DNA from: Diplonema japonicum
Taxonomy: Eukaryota > Protista > Euglenozoa: Diplonemea
NCBI GenBank assembly: GCA_964019335.1
Contig: OZ025673.1
Coordinates: forward strand, 496,001 to 560,000
Direction: 5' to 3'
DNA length: 64,000 bases
A model generated the notes under the pieces. The model did no database searches and had not been told where the DNA came from. It was given only the letters and a program-made list of their open reading frames with translations. The position numbers and the translations under genes are program-made. Positions 22,266 through 33,459 of this stretch are shown piece by piece (the first letter of the stretch is position 1; each line of letters begins with the position of its first letter).

Positions 22266-22335
22266 GGCTCTCGGGCTATGAGGTGGCAGCTAGACGTACA
22301 AAAAAAAAAGGAATAGCTGTGTTATATACATCCCT
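22266..22335 (-). ncRNA. AGA-box snoRNA
   Basis: Same stems and AGA box. Confidence 0.72.
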
Positions 22336-22366
22336 GCACACAGAACACTATGGGTCGTAAGGGTGC

Positions 22367-22463
22367 TCATGTCATCCAAGTAAAGTTAAGGTAGAATGGT
22401 TGTTGGTATCAAGAGACACGAAATGCCTTCAAGCCAAATGCCAAAGTTGATAATCACTCATGA
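22367..22463 (-). ncRNA. Box C/D snoRNA variant a
   Basis: Near-identical to 20890-20986. Confidence 0.78.
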
Positions 22464-22847
22464 TACCGGTAAATGGCAAAAACACCGGCCGCAAAGGGAA
22501 CCATAAAGGGCAGCAAGAGGCGTATAATAATAGAAATAATAATAAAAAAATAGTGAAAAAAGAGGTGGTGGGGGTGGTCGGAAGGGAAAAAAAAAAAAAT
22601 CCATTATTTTCCTATTCCCTTTTGTTCCCATTAGCCACTTCCGGCACTTGGGGTTTCGTCTTCTGCTCCCCTTAATTCTTATTTTGTTACAGTAGCCCCA
22701 TATTTTTGCATGTCTTTCGCCTTGAGAAAGCAAAAGAAATAGAGGGAATAAAGAAAGAAGACTTGAAACACAGCACAGAGTCCCTACTCAAGTCCGCTAT
22801 ATCACGAGGAAGAAGAGCGAGCAAGGAATGGATATGTGGTTGGGAAA

Positions 22848-22883
<36 letters not shown>

Positions 22884-23617
22884 AAAAGAAAAAAGAGAGG
22901 GAAATGAAAATAAAAGGGTTCAGCAGGCAAATTAATGTAGCTATTCCCTGAGTAAAACAGGAAGGGAAATATAAAAAAATATAAAAAAACGAGATACAGA
23001 CAAAACGAGGGGGAAAAAAAAAAGAAAATAGATTTTCACCAGCCATTTTTTCTTTAAACATTATAATTTAACATTAACAAAGAAAGGGGGGGGGGGGTAA
23101 TGAATAAAAATAATGAGGGATGGGTGGGGGGAAACAGAATTGCTGATTCAAAATAAAAAAAAGGGGGGAAATAAAATCGCTTGCAACGGAATGGGCGGAT
23201 ATTCAACTGGGAAAATATTATTTTCTTCATAAATACCCCCCTTTTTTTTCTCCAATCCTCTTCGACTCCTGCTTGAAGTCTTGAAAGAATTGCATCCAAA
23301 AAATAAAGCAAGGCACCCCTCTGTTCTTAAAAGATTTTTTTTGATCGTAGCAAGAAGGGGTGGTCTGTGGGGAACGGTGAACAAAGACAATAAGGAACTG
23401 ATTTTAAAAAAAGGAGGGGGGAAAGGGAGAAATGGCATGGGTGGGGGGGGGGGGGGGGGGGGTAGTTTGGAAATGGTTCATCTCCTAGGGGGTTTATATT
23501 CCGTTTTTACGATCCAACTTTAGCATGCACTTTATATAAAAATAAAATAAAAGTGAATCCCATCATCAGATTCTGTGTAAGATTCGCCCTTGCTAGCAAG
23601 GGATTCAGTGCATGTAC

Positions 23618-24778
23618 CTAAATGTCATCATCATCAGCCTCCTTCGCGGCGAGGTCGTTCATCTCAGCGTCAACGTCGAACTTCTCGTACTTCTGGTTGT
23701 TCTTCTTTGCCTCGATCTCGTTCTTGTTCTTGTGGAGGGAGTATCCGAGGACGCCGAGGCAGAGGGCCATGAGGAGCCAGAGGAGGAGGAAGACCCAGAG
23801 GGACATGCAGAGGGATCCGATCTTGAGGCCCTCGCAGCACTCTCCGTCGCTGGTGGTTCCGAAGGGTCCCCTCCCCAGCTTGAAGGTGTAGTCCCTCTCG
23901 GTCACCCCAGAGTTGTGGTTCGCCACCTCCTGCCACACGGTCTCTCCGTCCTTCCCGGGGAGAACTGTCTTCTTGCAGAGCCTGTAGAAGGTCTCCGGCT
24001 CCGTTTCCTCTCCCGTCTCCATCATGGTGATCCCGCTGAAGGTGACCTCCGACATCCCCCTGTTCGCCCCGCCGTTGTTCTCCCTCCACCCGCTCAAGAA
24101 CACTCCCTTCTTGCAGACAGCAGAGGCGTTCGCGCTCGTCCCCTCTCCCCACCCGAGCGCAACCACAGGCTCGTCAACCCCGTTCGTGAACCTGCACTCA
24201 TCCGAGATCTCAGGGAACTTCGCTCCCATCTTCTCGCAGCTCGTCTCGTTCTGCACGTTGTCGTTGTAGTAGGCGGGGATCACCACGTACTCGTCGTCAG
24301 CGTTGTTCCCGCACCCGATCAGCGTCAGCGAGAACTTCTTCTCCACCGTCGGCTCGTTCGGGAAGGTTGTGAACATGCGAGGGCCCGAGGGGTAGCACTC
24401 CTTCCGCGACGCGATCACCTCCCCGCAGTCCGCCACCTGCCCCGTCTGGTCCCTGCACACGCACGGGAACTCAGTCCTCCCTCCAGCCCCGCTCGTGCAC
24501 GACCCGTACTGGCCCTCCTTCCCGCTGCACCCGAAGTAAGGGAAGTCCTTCCCAGCAGAGCACTCGCTCCCCGCTCGACCGTTGCTGCACCTCCCCGCCC
24601 CGTCCATGAAGTACCCCTCCGCACAAGCCGCGCAAGCCTCCCCGGCCGTCGAGTTCATGTACCCCTGGTGGCACACGCAGCACCCGTCCGCTCCCACGTA
24701 CGCTCGGTTCTCGTTCACAGGGCACTGTCCCTGAACCGATGCCGCCAAACACACTAAACCGAATAGCAGTTTGTTCAT
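23618..24778 (-). CDS. Cys-rich type I membrane surface protein, copy 2 of 5
   Basis: Identical protein to copy 1; TAG stop; unique 5' flank. Confidence 0.9.
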   Translation of the reverse strand: MNKLLFGLVCLAASVQGQCPVNENRAYVGADGCCVCHQGYMNSTAGEACAACAEGYFMDGAGRCSNGRAGSECSAGKDFPYFGCSGKEGQYGSCTSGAGGRTEFPCVCRDQTGQVADCGEVIASRKECYPSGPRMFTTFPNEPTVEKKFSLTLIGCGNNADDEYVVIPAYYNDNVQNETSCEKMGAKFPEISDECRFTNGVDEPVVALGWGEGTSANASAVCKKGVFLSGWRENNGGANRGMSEVTFSGITMMETGEETEPETFYRLCKKTVLPGKDGETVWQEVANHNSGVTERDYTFKLGRGPFGTTSDGECCEGLKIGSLCMSLWVFLLLWLLMALCLGVLGYSLHKNKNEIEAKKNNQKYEKFDVDAEMNDLAAKEADDDDI

Positions 24779-24859
24779 TTTGTTAAAAAGATGAAAAGAT
24801 AAAGGTATGATAGACCTGTGTGTCATGAAAAGACGAGCATGATGAAACAGGGGGGAAAG

Positions 24860-27800
24860 CTAAGCGGCAGAAAGTACGGAGATATCTGAATCGTGCTGGA
24901 GAGCAGGAAGGTGAGGGAGGAGAATGGGGGCTGTGTTCGGGTGCTCGAGGATGAAAGACTTCGTGAGGAGGGCTTGGGGGATGTGAGGGACAATGGCGGG
25001 CGTGAGGGCGAGAGCTTGTGCTGTGAATGGTGGGTGGTGCTGCAAGGCGAGGGAGGCTGCGCGGTACACCGCAACGGAAGAAGGGCTCCGCATGTTTTTC
25101 ATGGCGAAAAGCAGCAGCTCCTCGTCATCTGTGTAGTACGTGGTGACGACGTCTAGAACACTCTTCACCCAACACGCACCTAGCTCGATGGCCTTCAGCA
25201 CAACATCTCTGTCCTTCTGCAAGGCCTCGGGCAGCATTCGGAACACGCCGGCGATGACGTTCACCTGTTCACAGTTCGCCAGTATCTGCGCAACGACCTC
25301 TTTGTCCTCCAACAGCGTCCTCGGTATGACTTTGGTAAAGTTCAACAATGGAACCTTAGTAGGGCGAGCAAGCAACCGCATTACAGTGTACTTGGTCATA
25401 GGAGGCTTGCAGGGCACATGCGAGAGAAGGAGCTGTGTTGTGTTACTGTTCTGCAGTGCTGCGAAGATGACTTCGTCGTGAGTTTGCATCGGAGGGGGGA
25501 GGCTGAGGTAGACGGCCAACGTGTCGGACTGCGAGCATCTTGAAACAGCGACAACAACCGTTGCAGGGGCAACGTCGGGGAGGAGAAGCGTGAGGATCAC
25601 AGGCACGCACCGCGCAGACACAATTTTAAGTACCCCCTCTAACACGCCGCGACCGAGACGCGAGACCAGCGTCGCAACGTCGCTCCCAGGGAGGTTGCGC
25701 AACAAGGCGGCTATAAGCCCCACGTTATCAGGAGTTCCCGAAAGAACATCTTTGACAAAACCCACCTTCTTATCAGTGTGATGGATCCGATCGGCAACAT
25801 ATATAACCTCCTCCGCGCTGAGAGTCAACAACACCGACAGCACCGGGTCCGCACCCGTGGCACACGGCCGCATGGTACGTTTGTTCAGATAGCTGATTAG
25901 GTTTTCAGGGTGGCGTTGCTGCTCAGGAGTTAACGTCGCTTCAAAACCAACATCCAAAAGCTCCTCCCCGAGGCTCGTGAGGAACATAATGGTGTGGTCG
26001 TCGGGTACTCTTGCGACGCGGTTCAAAAAGGTGGCGGCGTATGGGCTGTCTTGTAACAACCGTAGAATGCTGCATGTATAAGAAGGGTTGTCAAGGATCG
26101 CTGCGGGGATCTTCCGCACGTCGAATGGGAAGAAACGGATCTGCCTGTCCAGTGCCGCGCGGACCACGTCCGTGTTGTGCTTCACGTTGCTCGGCATTGC
26201 TTGGAAGACGCCCTTCAGAAACTCTTCTGATGTGTTGCTGACCGCGATTATCGCCAGCGACACGGTTGCAGAGGTTGCTTCCGATGAAGCAAATAGTTTC
26301 GTGACGATGCCGCCCCGTTCATCGTTTTCCACGAATTTTTCGTTCACACGTTTGTTTTTCAGTTCTTGGGGTACAATATCCCACAGCTCCTGTACCTCGT
26401 TCGTCTCACTTGCCTTCTCCACCAAGACGTCAAGAATTTTCCCGCTATTTTTCAACACGTCTGGCAGGTCCTGGAAAACCAACGCCGTGCTGAAGCACCT
26501 CTCGACGGCAACCCGGTGCTGCACGGCCGCAATAAGGCAGGGATCTGTTTTTTCGCTCGGTTGGAGGGATTTCAAAAGACTATGAAACGTCAGAGGAGGG
26601 CTGTCTGCGAGCGACGCAGCTATGAAAGGACCCGACGACAGGAATGCGTTCCCCCTTCCTCTGGATGGGCGCAGGAGCTCGTCGGTTTTTGTGGTTTTTT
26701 TGCGGAAACCGCACGATAGAAGAAGCGGGCTGGTTTGCAGCTCTACAGAAACATGTCGAAAATACTCAATAAAAACCCCCGCAGGAAGACCCTCTGACAC
26801 ATCTAAAACAGTCTCTAAATCAGACACAAATCTTTTCGGAAGCTTCTTAACCACCACGTCGATGGTGGTGCCCTGCACGCTCAGCGCCTGCAACGCCGAC
26901 TTGACGTCCCATTGCGCTTCAGAAGGGATCGTTTCCAACGTTTTTACAGATAACCCAACATCGTCTTGCAGCAATGTGGCAACCATTGAAAAAACTGCGT
27001 CGGGCTGTACCTGAACCTCCAAAGGGAGGGATTCATACAGCCCGATACGGTTAGCGGGTGAAAGGTGCGACAGAACCTTCACAGTTGTTTCGGGGTACAT
27101 TTTGATCTTTTCAACCAGCTTCGTCTCGACACCGTCATCAAGCACTTTTCTGCGTTCTAGGAACGACAGGAAGACCCCGGGCCTGTTCCAATACTCTTCT
27201 GGTATTCTATCGAACATCGATACTGCACCGTGATCGCAGGCGCATGCTACCAGCTCATCGCTCAGTATCCCGCACACATAATGCACAGCAGCATCGTTCC
27301 ACTTCCATTGATTCAAAACTGTTATGACAATTTGTTCGGTTATTTTGAAGGTGGTTCCGTAGGCTTCGAGGAATGCCCAGCCTCCTTTGTTGCAGCATTG
27401 CAAGACATTGCCGGGGTGTTCCCTCCATGTCTGCGGGGACCGGTTCCAAATATCCAAGACGAGGTCTGGACTGGAAACAGCGTCGAGAACGGTGGAGAAA
27501 AACCCCTCAGGAGGATCACTTAGAGTCCCGAGCACACTTAACGAGAGGTTGCCTGAGAAGGATAGTATGGTTTGTACCATTGTGTTGGTTAGCTGTTCCG
27601 GTTTAACGTTGTGCATTGTGTTGTAGATTTCCACTGTTTTTTGAGGTGAGATTCTGGGAAATGTTTGAACGCACACGTTGTGAGGGGCTTGCAAGATGAA
27701 CACGGTGGGAAGGGCCTCCACAACATCATCGGATACCTTTTGCAGCAGGAAGCACAGGATCGCACCGTCAGCCAAGGAGGTGTCCGGTATTTTCGCCAGA

Positions 27801-28282
27801 GTCTCGTTAACACCCTCCGACGGGACAGTTGCGAGAACCGTTTTGCAGAACGACTGGTCTTCAAAAACACTTTTTGGAACGGCACGGAGCAGGTCCATAG
27901 ACCGCGACTTCAAACAGGTTTCGAACACATGCGATGCGAGCGAGACCTCTTCTTGCAAAGCTGGTGAGAATGCTTTATAGGTCTCTATTGCGTTGTGGGC
28001 GGAGGTTTTTACCTTAAATATCGCGTCCTTCACCTTGTTCTCCCATTCTGCCGAGCGGAGTAACTCTAAAGTGCTGCCGAGACCTCCTGCCGAGCAGCAG
28101 CACTCTGAAGCTATCCAGCAATCTTCCAATTCTTCCTCCGCGCCTTCGTTCCGTAGGGCAGCCATCTCCCGCCTGATGCCCGTCTGGTTTTCAACTTCGC
28201 AGAGCAGCATCGCAATTGTATCATGCTCCTTGACATCCACCCACACGGTGTCACCACCTGGTAGCTTGATGCAAATATCCAT
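24860..28282 (-). CDS. Ubiquitin-like N-terminal domain plus DUF4116-like helical repeat protein (~1140 aa)
   Basis: Ubiquitin-like start MDICIKLPGGDTVWVDVKEHDTIAMLLCEVENQTGI. Recurrent 'lPeelqkDrdVVlkAi' repeats (LPEALQKDRDVVLKAIE, MPSNVKHNTDVVRAAL). Confidence 0.75.
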   Translation of the reverse strand: MDICIKLPGGDTVWVDVKEHDTIAMLLCEVENQTGIRREMAALRNEGAEEELEDCWIASECCCSAGGLGSTLELLRSAEWENKVKDAIFKVKTSAHNAIETYKAFSPALQEEVSLASHVFETCLKSRSMDLLRAVPKSVFEDQSFCKTVLATVPSEGVNETLAKIPDTSLADGAILCFLLQKVSDDVVEALPTVFILQAPHNVCVQTFPRISPQKTVEIYNTMHNVKPEQLTNTMVQTILSFSGNLSLSVLGTLSDPPEGFFSTVLDAVSSPDLVLDIWNRSPQTWREHPGNVLQCCNKGGWAFLEAYGTTFKITEQIVITVLNQWKWNDAAVHYVCGILSDELVACACDHGAVSMFDRIPEEYWNRPGVFLSFLERRKVLDDGVETKLVEKIKMYPETTVKVLSHLSPANRIGLYESLPLEVQVQPDAVFSMVATLLQDDVGLSVKTLETIPSEAQWDVKSALQALSVQGTTIDVVVKKLPKRFVSDLETVLDVSEGLPAGVFIEYFRHVSVELQTSPLLLSCGFRKKTTKTDELLRPSRGRGNAFLSSGPFIAASLADSPPLTFHSLLKSLQPSEKTDPCLIAAVQHRVAVERCFSTALVFQDLPDVLKNSGKILDVLVEKASETNEVQELWDIVPQELKNKRVNEKFVENDERGGIVTKLFASSEATSATVSLAIIAVSNTSEEFLKGVFQAMPSNVKHNTDVVRAALDRQIRFFPFDVRKIPAAILDNPSYTCSILRLLQDSPYAATFLNRVARVPDDHTIMFLTSLGEELLDVGFEATLTPEQQRHPENLISYLNKRTMRPCATGADPVLSVLLTLSAEEVIYVADRIHHTDKKVGFVKDVLSGTPDNVGLIAALLRNLPGSDVATLVSRLGRGVLEGVLKIVSARCVPVILTLLLPDVAPATVVVAVSRCSQSDTLAVYLSLPPPMQTHDEVIFAALQNSNTTQLLLSHVPCKPPMTKYTVMRLLARPTKVPLLNFTKVIPRTLLEDKEVVAQILANCEQVNVIAGVFRMLPEALQKDRDVVLKAIELGACWVKSVLDVVTTYYTDDEELLLFAMKNMRSPSSVAVYRAASLALQHHPPFTAQALALTPAIVPHIPQALLTKSFILEHPNTAPILLPHLPALQHDSDISVLSAA

Positions 28283-29592
28283 TTTCTCCCCTTTTTTTCT
28301 TCTTTTTTTTGGTTGTGTTAAAGAAGTTTTTTGTTGAGCTGAATAGAAAGAAAAAAAAAAAGTGAAATGTGCTTGGGAAAGAGTTTTCAAAGGGCGGGAA
28401 GAAAGGAAAAAAGAAAACAAAAATAGGGGGGGGACGGGGGGAGGAGGAGTAGATGTGGGTTTATTGGGAATAATAATAAGAATTATAGAAAGTCATGGAA
28501 GAGTACGGGGCGCGGGGTGATAATAAAAAAAAAGTGGGGGGGGGAGAGAAGAAAGGTGCGTAGGCAGTGTCTTGGAGTAGAAACTGAATGAACAGGGGAA
28601 AGGAAGCACATATGTTATATGTTACAAATGAAAAAAAAAGGGGGAGTGAGGGGAGTGAGAGGTGAAGAAGAGGGAGAGGGTTCCTGTTTTCCTGCTCTAA
28701 GCAGTCCGACAGATGCGACAGGCTTCGATGAGACGTAGTTCTTCTTTGAAATTTCTCTTCAAGACGCTAATCTTCTTCCCTTTCTTTGTGTGGTCTTCTC
28801 TTCTTTTTTTTCGTTTTTTTTTTTAATAAATAGAATAATAAGGGGGGGGAGGGGACTATCGTTCTTGTTTTTTTTTACCAAGGAAAAAAAAAGAGAGAGC
28901 AGTAAAGCTTCTTTTTTATTCATTTTCCATTTTCTTTTTTTTTTTTTCCACTCGTTTCTTAAATTTTTTTTTTCCCCTTATCCACGACGGGAAAAAAAAG
29001 AAAACAAAACAAAACAAAAAAAAAAAAGAAAAAGAATATTGGCACGTTAGCTGATCCATCTCCCCTCCCTTCCCTTCCCTTCCCTCCACACCTTTCGTTT
29101 TTTTTTTTTTTTTTTTTGTTTTTCCTTTTTTTTTTTTTTTTTTTTTTCCTTCCTGTGTGCTGAAGTTTCTCCCTCACATCAGTGGTTGTTTTCTTTTTTT
29201 TTTTTTTTCTTCATCTTCTTTTTTTGTTGCAGCAGAGAGAAAGAGGAGAACAAAGCAAAGCAAGAAGATATTACAGGGAAACATCAAATGATAAAAAGAA
29301 AGCGGAATAAAAGGAAAAAAAAAGAATAAAATGCACGTTGCGCACAAAACCATTCTTTTTTCTCTTGCGTTTATTCACTTCTTTTACGCTTTCACTTGGT
29401 CCCCCTTTCTTCTTTTCCCTTTTTTCTTTTTTTTTTCTTTTGCTTCTTATTATTTTTCCCGCCTCTTCTTCTTTTTTTTTAATTGTAGCTTTGCGGTACC
29501 ACTTGCATAACACTCTGCACTAGTTCTCTGTAACGATTTTATCACACCATCACCACCGTGCTGTCTGCTTCTTTCTTTCTTCTCGTCAGCGC

Positions 29593-30753
29593 TTAAATGT
29601 CATCATCATCAGCCTCCTTCGCGGCGAGGTCGTTCATCTCAGCGTCAACGTCGAACTTCTCGTACTTCTGGTTGTTCTTCTTTGCCTCGATCTCGTTCTT
29701 GTTCTTGTGGAGGGAGTATCCGAGGACGCCGAGGCAGAGGGCCATGAGGAGCCAGAGGAGGAGGAAGACCCAGAGGGACATGCAGAGGGATCCGATCTTG
29801 AGGCCCTCGCAGCACTCTCCGTCGCTGGTGGTTCCGAAGGGTCCCCTCCCCAGCTTGAAGGTGTAGTCCCTCTCGGTCACCCCAGAGTTGTGGTTCGCCA
29901 CCTCCTGCCACACGGTCTCTCCGTCCTTCCCGGGGAGAACTGTCTTCTTGCAGAGCCTGTAGAAGGTCTCCGGCTCCGTTTCCTCTCCCGTCTCCATCAT
30001 GGTGATCCCGCTGAAGGTGACCTCCGACATCCCCCTGTTCGCCCCGCCGTTGTTCTCCCTCCACCCGCTCAAGAACACTCCCTTCTTGCAGACAGCAGAG
30101 GCGTTCGCGCTCGTCCCCTCTCCCCACCCGAGCGCAACCACAGGCTCGTCAACCCCGTTCGTGAACCTGCACTCATCCGAGATCTCAGGGAACTTCGCTC
30201 CCATCTTCTCGCAGCTCGTCTCGTTCTGCACGTTGTCGTTGTAGTAGGCGGGGATCACCACGTACTCGTCGTCAGCGTTGTTCCCGCACCCGATCAGCGT
30301 CAGCGAGAACTTCTTCTCCACCGTCGGCTCGTTCGGGAAGGTTGTGAACATGCGAGGGCCCGAGGGGTAGCACTCCTTCCGCGACGCGATCACCTCCCCG
30401 CAGTCCGCCACCTGCCCCGTCTGGTCCCTGCACACGCACGGGAACTCAGTCCTCCCTCCAGCCCCGCTCGTGCACGACCCGTACTGGCCCTCCTTCCCGC
30501 TGCACCCGAAGTAAGGGAAGTCCTTCCCAGCAGAGCACTCGCTCCCCGCTCGACCGTTGCTGCACCTCCCCGCCCCGTCCATGAAGTACCCCTCCGCACA
30601 AGCCGCGCAAGCCTCCCCGGCCGTCGAGTTCATGTACCCCTGGTGGCACACGCAGCACCCGTCCGCTCCCACGTACGCTCGGTTCTCGTTCACAGGGCAC
30701 TGTCCCTGAACCGATGCCGCCAAACACACTAAACCGAATAGCAGTTTGTTCAT
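29593..30753 (-). CDS. Cys-rich type I membrane surface protein, copy 3 of 5
   Basis: Identical protein; shares its 5' flank and snoRNA array with copy 1. Confidence 0.9.
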   Translation of the reverse strand: MNKLLFGLVCLAASVQGQCPVNENRAYVGADGCCVCHQGYMNSTAGEACAACAEGYFMDGAGRCSNGRAGSECSAGKDFPYFGCSGKEGQYGSCTSGAGGRTEFPCVCRDQTGQVADCGEVIASRKECYPSGPRMFTTFPNEPTVEKKFSLTLIGCGNNADDEYVVIPAYYNDNVQNETSCEKMGAKFPEISDECRFTNGVDEPVVALGWGEGTSANASAVCKKGVFLSGWRENNGGANRGMSEVTFSGITMMETGEETEPETFYRLCKKTVLPGKDGETVWQEVANHNSGVTERDYTFKLGRGPFGTTSDGECCEGLKIGSLCMSLWVFLLLWLLMALCLGVLGYSLHKNKNEIEAKKNNQKYEKFDVDAEMNDLAAKEADDDDI

Positions 30754-30965
30754 TGTTCTTGTTTTTTTTTTTTTTTTTTTTTTTTAGAAAATAAAATGTG
30801 TTTCGTTTGTGTTCCCTTTCTGAGATAAGTTTGTTTGGTTTTGTTTTCTTTGTTTTCAAGTTTTCTTCTTTTTGTCTTGGTTTTGAAAGAGAAAAAAAAA
30901 AAACCCCCCTCCATAACACGGGCTGAAGAACAAAAGGGGCGTGTTCCTTCTTCTTGTGCAGGTCA

Positions 30966-31776
30966 TCATGTCATCCAAGTAAAGTTAAGGTAGAATGGTT
31001 GTTGGTATCAAGAGACACGAAATGCCTTCAAGCCAAATGCCAAGGTTGATAATCACTCATGAGGCCAGAAAGCAAAAACAACAGCTGCAAAGACTCATCC
31101 AAGAAATGTTAAGGTAGAATGGTTGCTGGTATCAAGAAACAAGAATTGCCTTCAAGCCAAATGCCAAAGTTGATAATCATCGGTCCTCTTGAAACAAAGG
31201 TGGTATACAGCTTGCAGGTCTCTCGGGCTATGAGGTGGCAGCTAGACGTACAAAAAAAAAAGGAATAGCTGTGTTATACATCCCTGTGAGACACAATCCA
31301 CCGCACACCCCCCACTATGGGTCGTAAGGGTGCTCATGTCATCCAAGTAAAGTTAAGGTAGAATGGTTGTTGGTATCAAGAGACACGAAATGCCTTCAAG
31401 CCAAATGCCAAGGTTGATAATCACTCATGATCAGCCGCAAAAGGGAAAACGTTCGTATCATTCTTCCTCTGTCTCTCGGGCTATGAGGTGGCAGCTAGAC
31501 GTACAAAGAAAAAGGAATAGCTGTGTTATATACATCCCTGAGCAAGACAAACGGACCCTTGTTTCTATCATCAATTGAAAGAACAGCCAAAGACTCATCC
31601 AAGAATAATTAAGGTAGAATGGTTGTTTGGTATCAATAAACACGAATGTCTTCAAGCCAAATGCCAAAGTTGATAATCATCGGTCTTTTCTCCTTTCACT
31701 AAAGTTTGGCTCTCGGGCTATGAGGTGGCAGCTAGACGTACAAAGAAAAAGGAATAGCTGTGTTATATACATCCCT
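30966..31776 (-). ncRNA. Tandem snoRNA array B: C/D at 30966-31062, 31092-31185, 31334-31430, 31592-31685; AGA-box at 31218-31285, 31471-31539, 31708-31776
   Basis: Same units as array A, with no retro-insertion. Confidence 0.8.
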
Positions 31777-31812
31777 GAGCAAGACGAACAGTTCCCCTTC
31801 TTACAGCAAGGC

Positions 31813-31935
31813 AGATCTATGGGTGGAAACTAAGAACAGCGGTATCAAAGGTGCGGAGTGATGATCACAATAGCACCACCACTGGGGGCTGTGCTCTATG
31901 AGGCCACTCCTACCGCAGCACTACTCAAACCAACC
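31813..31935 (-). ncRNA. Candidate long AGA-terminated hairpin RNA at the head of array B
   Basis: Nested stems GCGGTA/TACCGC, GGAGTG/CACTCC, TCATA/TGTGA and AGCAC/GTGCT; ends CCCAT-AGA-TCT. Confidence 0.45.
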
Positions 31936-33422
31936 AGAAATTAAAACTCGAAACAAAAGGGAAAACGTACACCCCGACCCCCGACCCCCCCCTCATTCAA
32001 CATCCTTTATAAGGGACGTAATTTTTTTGGATTGAGATGAGATGAGTTCCCGTAATGGAACTCAGGCGGGTTTCTGGTCCACGACAGATATTTCGGTGGT
32101 TCACTTCGGAAGTACAGGTAATATAACAAAGAAAAAAAAAAAAAAATACCATCGTGTTTTTTTTCTTCTTTTTTTTAACGAATAAGAAAGGGAAATGGGA
32201 GGAGAAAAAAAAAGGGGGGAGGACTGCCTGTGCCCTTTAACTGTACTATGTTTGTATTACAGGAGGGGGGGGGGGGGGGGGGGGGGGGCTTAGAAGAACA
32301 AAAATTGACAATAAAAAAAGAGCATATAGAAAGTGAAAGTGAGAGATAGAGAGGGCTGTAGTAGTTGTCAATTCTTAACACAGAGTGATCAGAGAAATCC
32401 ACAGGTTGTATTGGCCTCAGCTTTCTTGGTCGTGTTGGTAATATGAGAGGCCGGCGCTCTCCTTTACTCAAGAAAAGAGCACTGAAGAAAAAAAAGGGGG
32501 GGGTGCATTTCCGTGTGAAAAAACCTTTTTAGAAGGAGTGAAGTTCCAGCGGAAGGGGGGGGTAAGGTGTAAAATTAAAAAAACCCCTTCCATCGATTTC
32601 CCCACCTTCTTCTTTCTCTTCTTCTTTGCTTCTTTTGACCTTTATATCATTAGAACAAAACTGCAGTCTTTTACATGAAAATCAGTCCAGATTTTCACTT
32701 CTTGGATGTGAATAATTTTATATAAAAAAAAAGGAGGAGAAATGAAAAAAAAAGGAAAATAAGTCGTAGATGAAAACTGAGCCTGAGCGGGTAATAAAGG
32801 GGGGGGGGGGGGGGGGGGGGTCACTTCACGGAGTGGAACTGTATCTAGCTTCTGAGGCCATTCCAACCCTTAAAAGTGGGAACAAAGTGCTTAACTTCAC
32901 CTTCATCTACCCCGGCAGTTTTTCCGCCTATGTGCCCATCGGCTTCCTTGTGTGGGCTCTGGTCCAAGTACTGTAAGGAACTGCACACCTTGAGGTGCCG
33001 TGAGCGGAGATGAATGATTGGGTGAAATATATATTAAAAAAAAACTTTTTCTCCCGTGTAATAAAAATAGCTCATTCCTTTTTTCTTTTTTTTCTTTTTT
33101 CCCCACTCGCCTTCTTCTCCTCTCCCCTCCCCAAGAAAAAGTGAAAATTCTTTGCTCGGCACTAAAGAATGACAATTTTTTTGTTTTGTTTTGTTTTGGA
33201 TTCACTTTTTTTTTTTTTTTTTTTTTTTCCTCTTTTGCTAAGAATTCAAAGCAGATGTACCATTGGTTCTTTTTGTGTATTTTTTTTTTTTTTTGCTTTT
33301 TTTTTTCTTTTTTTTTTTTCCCTTCCCTCCCAACCCATCCTTTTTCTGTTCTTCCCCCTCCCCTCCCCTTTTCTTTCAAAGGAGCTAAAGAAAACTTCTT
33401 TTTGCCACTAACATTGTGTTAA

Positions 33423-33459
<37 letters not shown>

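Larger units (their letters stand above)
20890..22463 (-). repeat. Tandem snoRNA array A (7 box C/D + 4 single-hairpin AGA-box units)
   Basis: Directly visible repeated ~95-nt and ~68-nt units separated by short spacers. Confidence 0.85.

Noticed and set aside
20890-22463. CRISPR array, SL RNA or 5S rRNA interpretation of the tandem repeats
   Set aside because: Eukaryotic context; units of 68-97 nt with repeated rather than unique spacers; no cas genes; no SL-exon-like or 5S motif. The units show snoRNA boxes and rRNA complementarity instead.
32040-32127. U1 snRNA-like 5' end (ATATTACCTG on minus) and a nearby TGAGTTCC/GGAACTCA hairpin
   Set aside because: Imperfect match; no recognisable U1-70K loop or Sm site.
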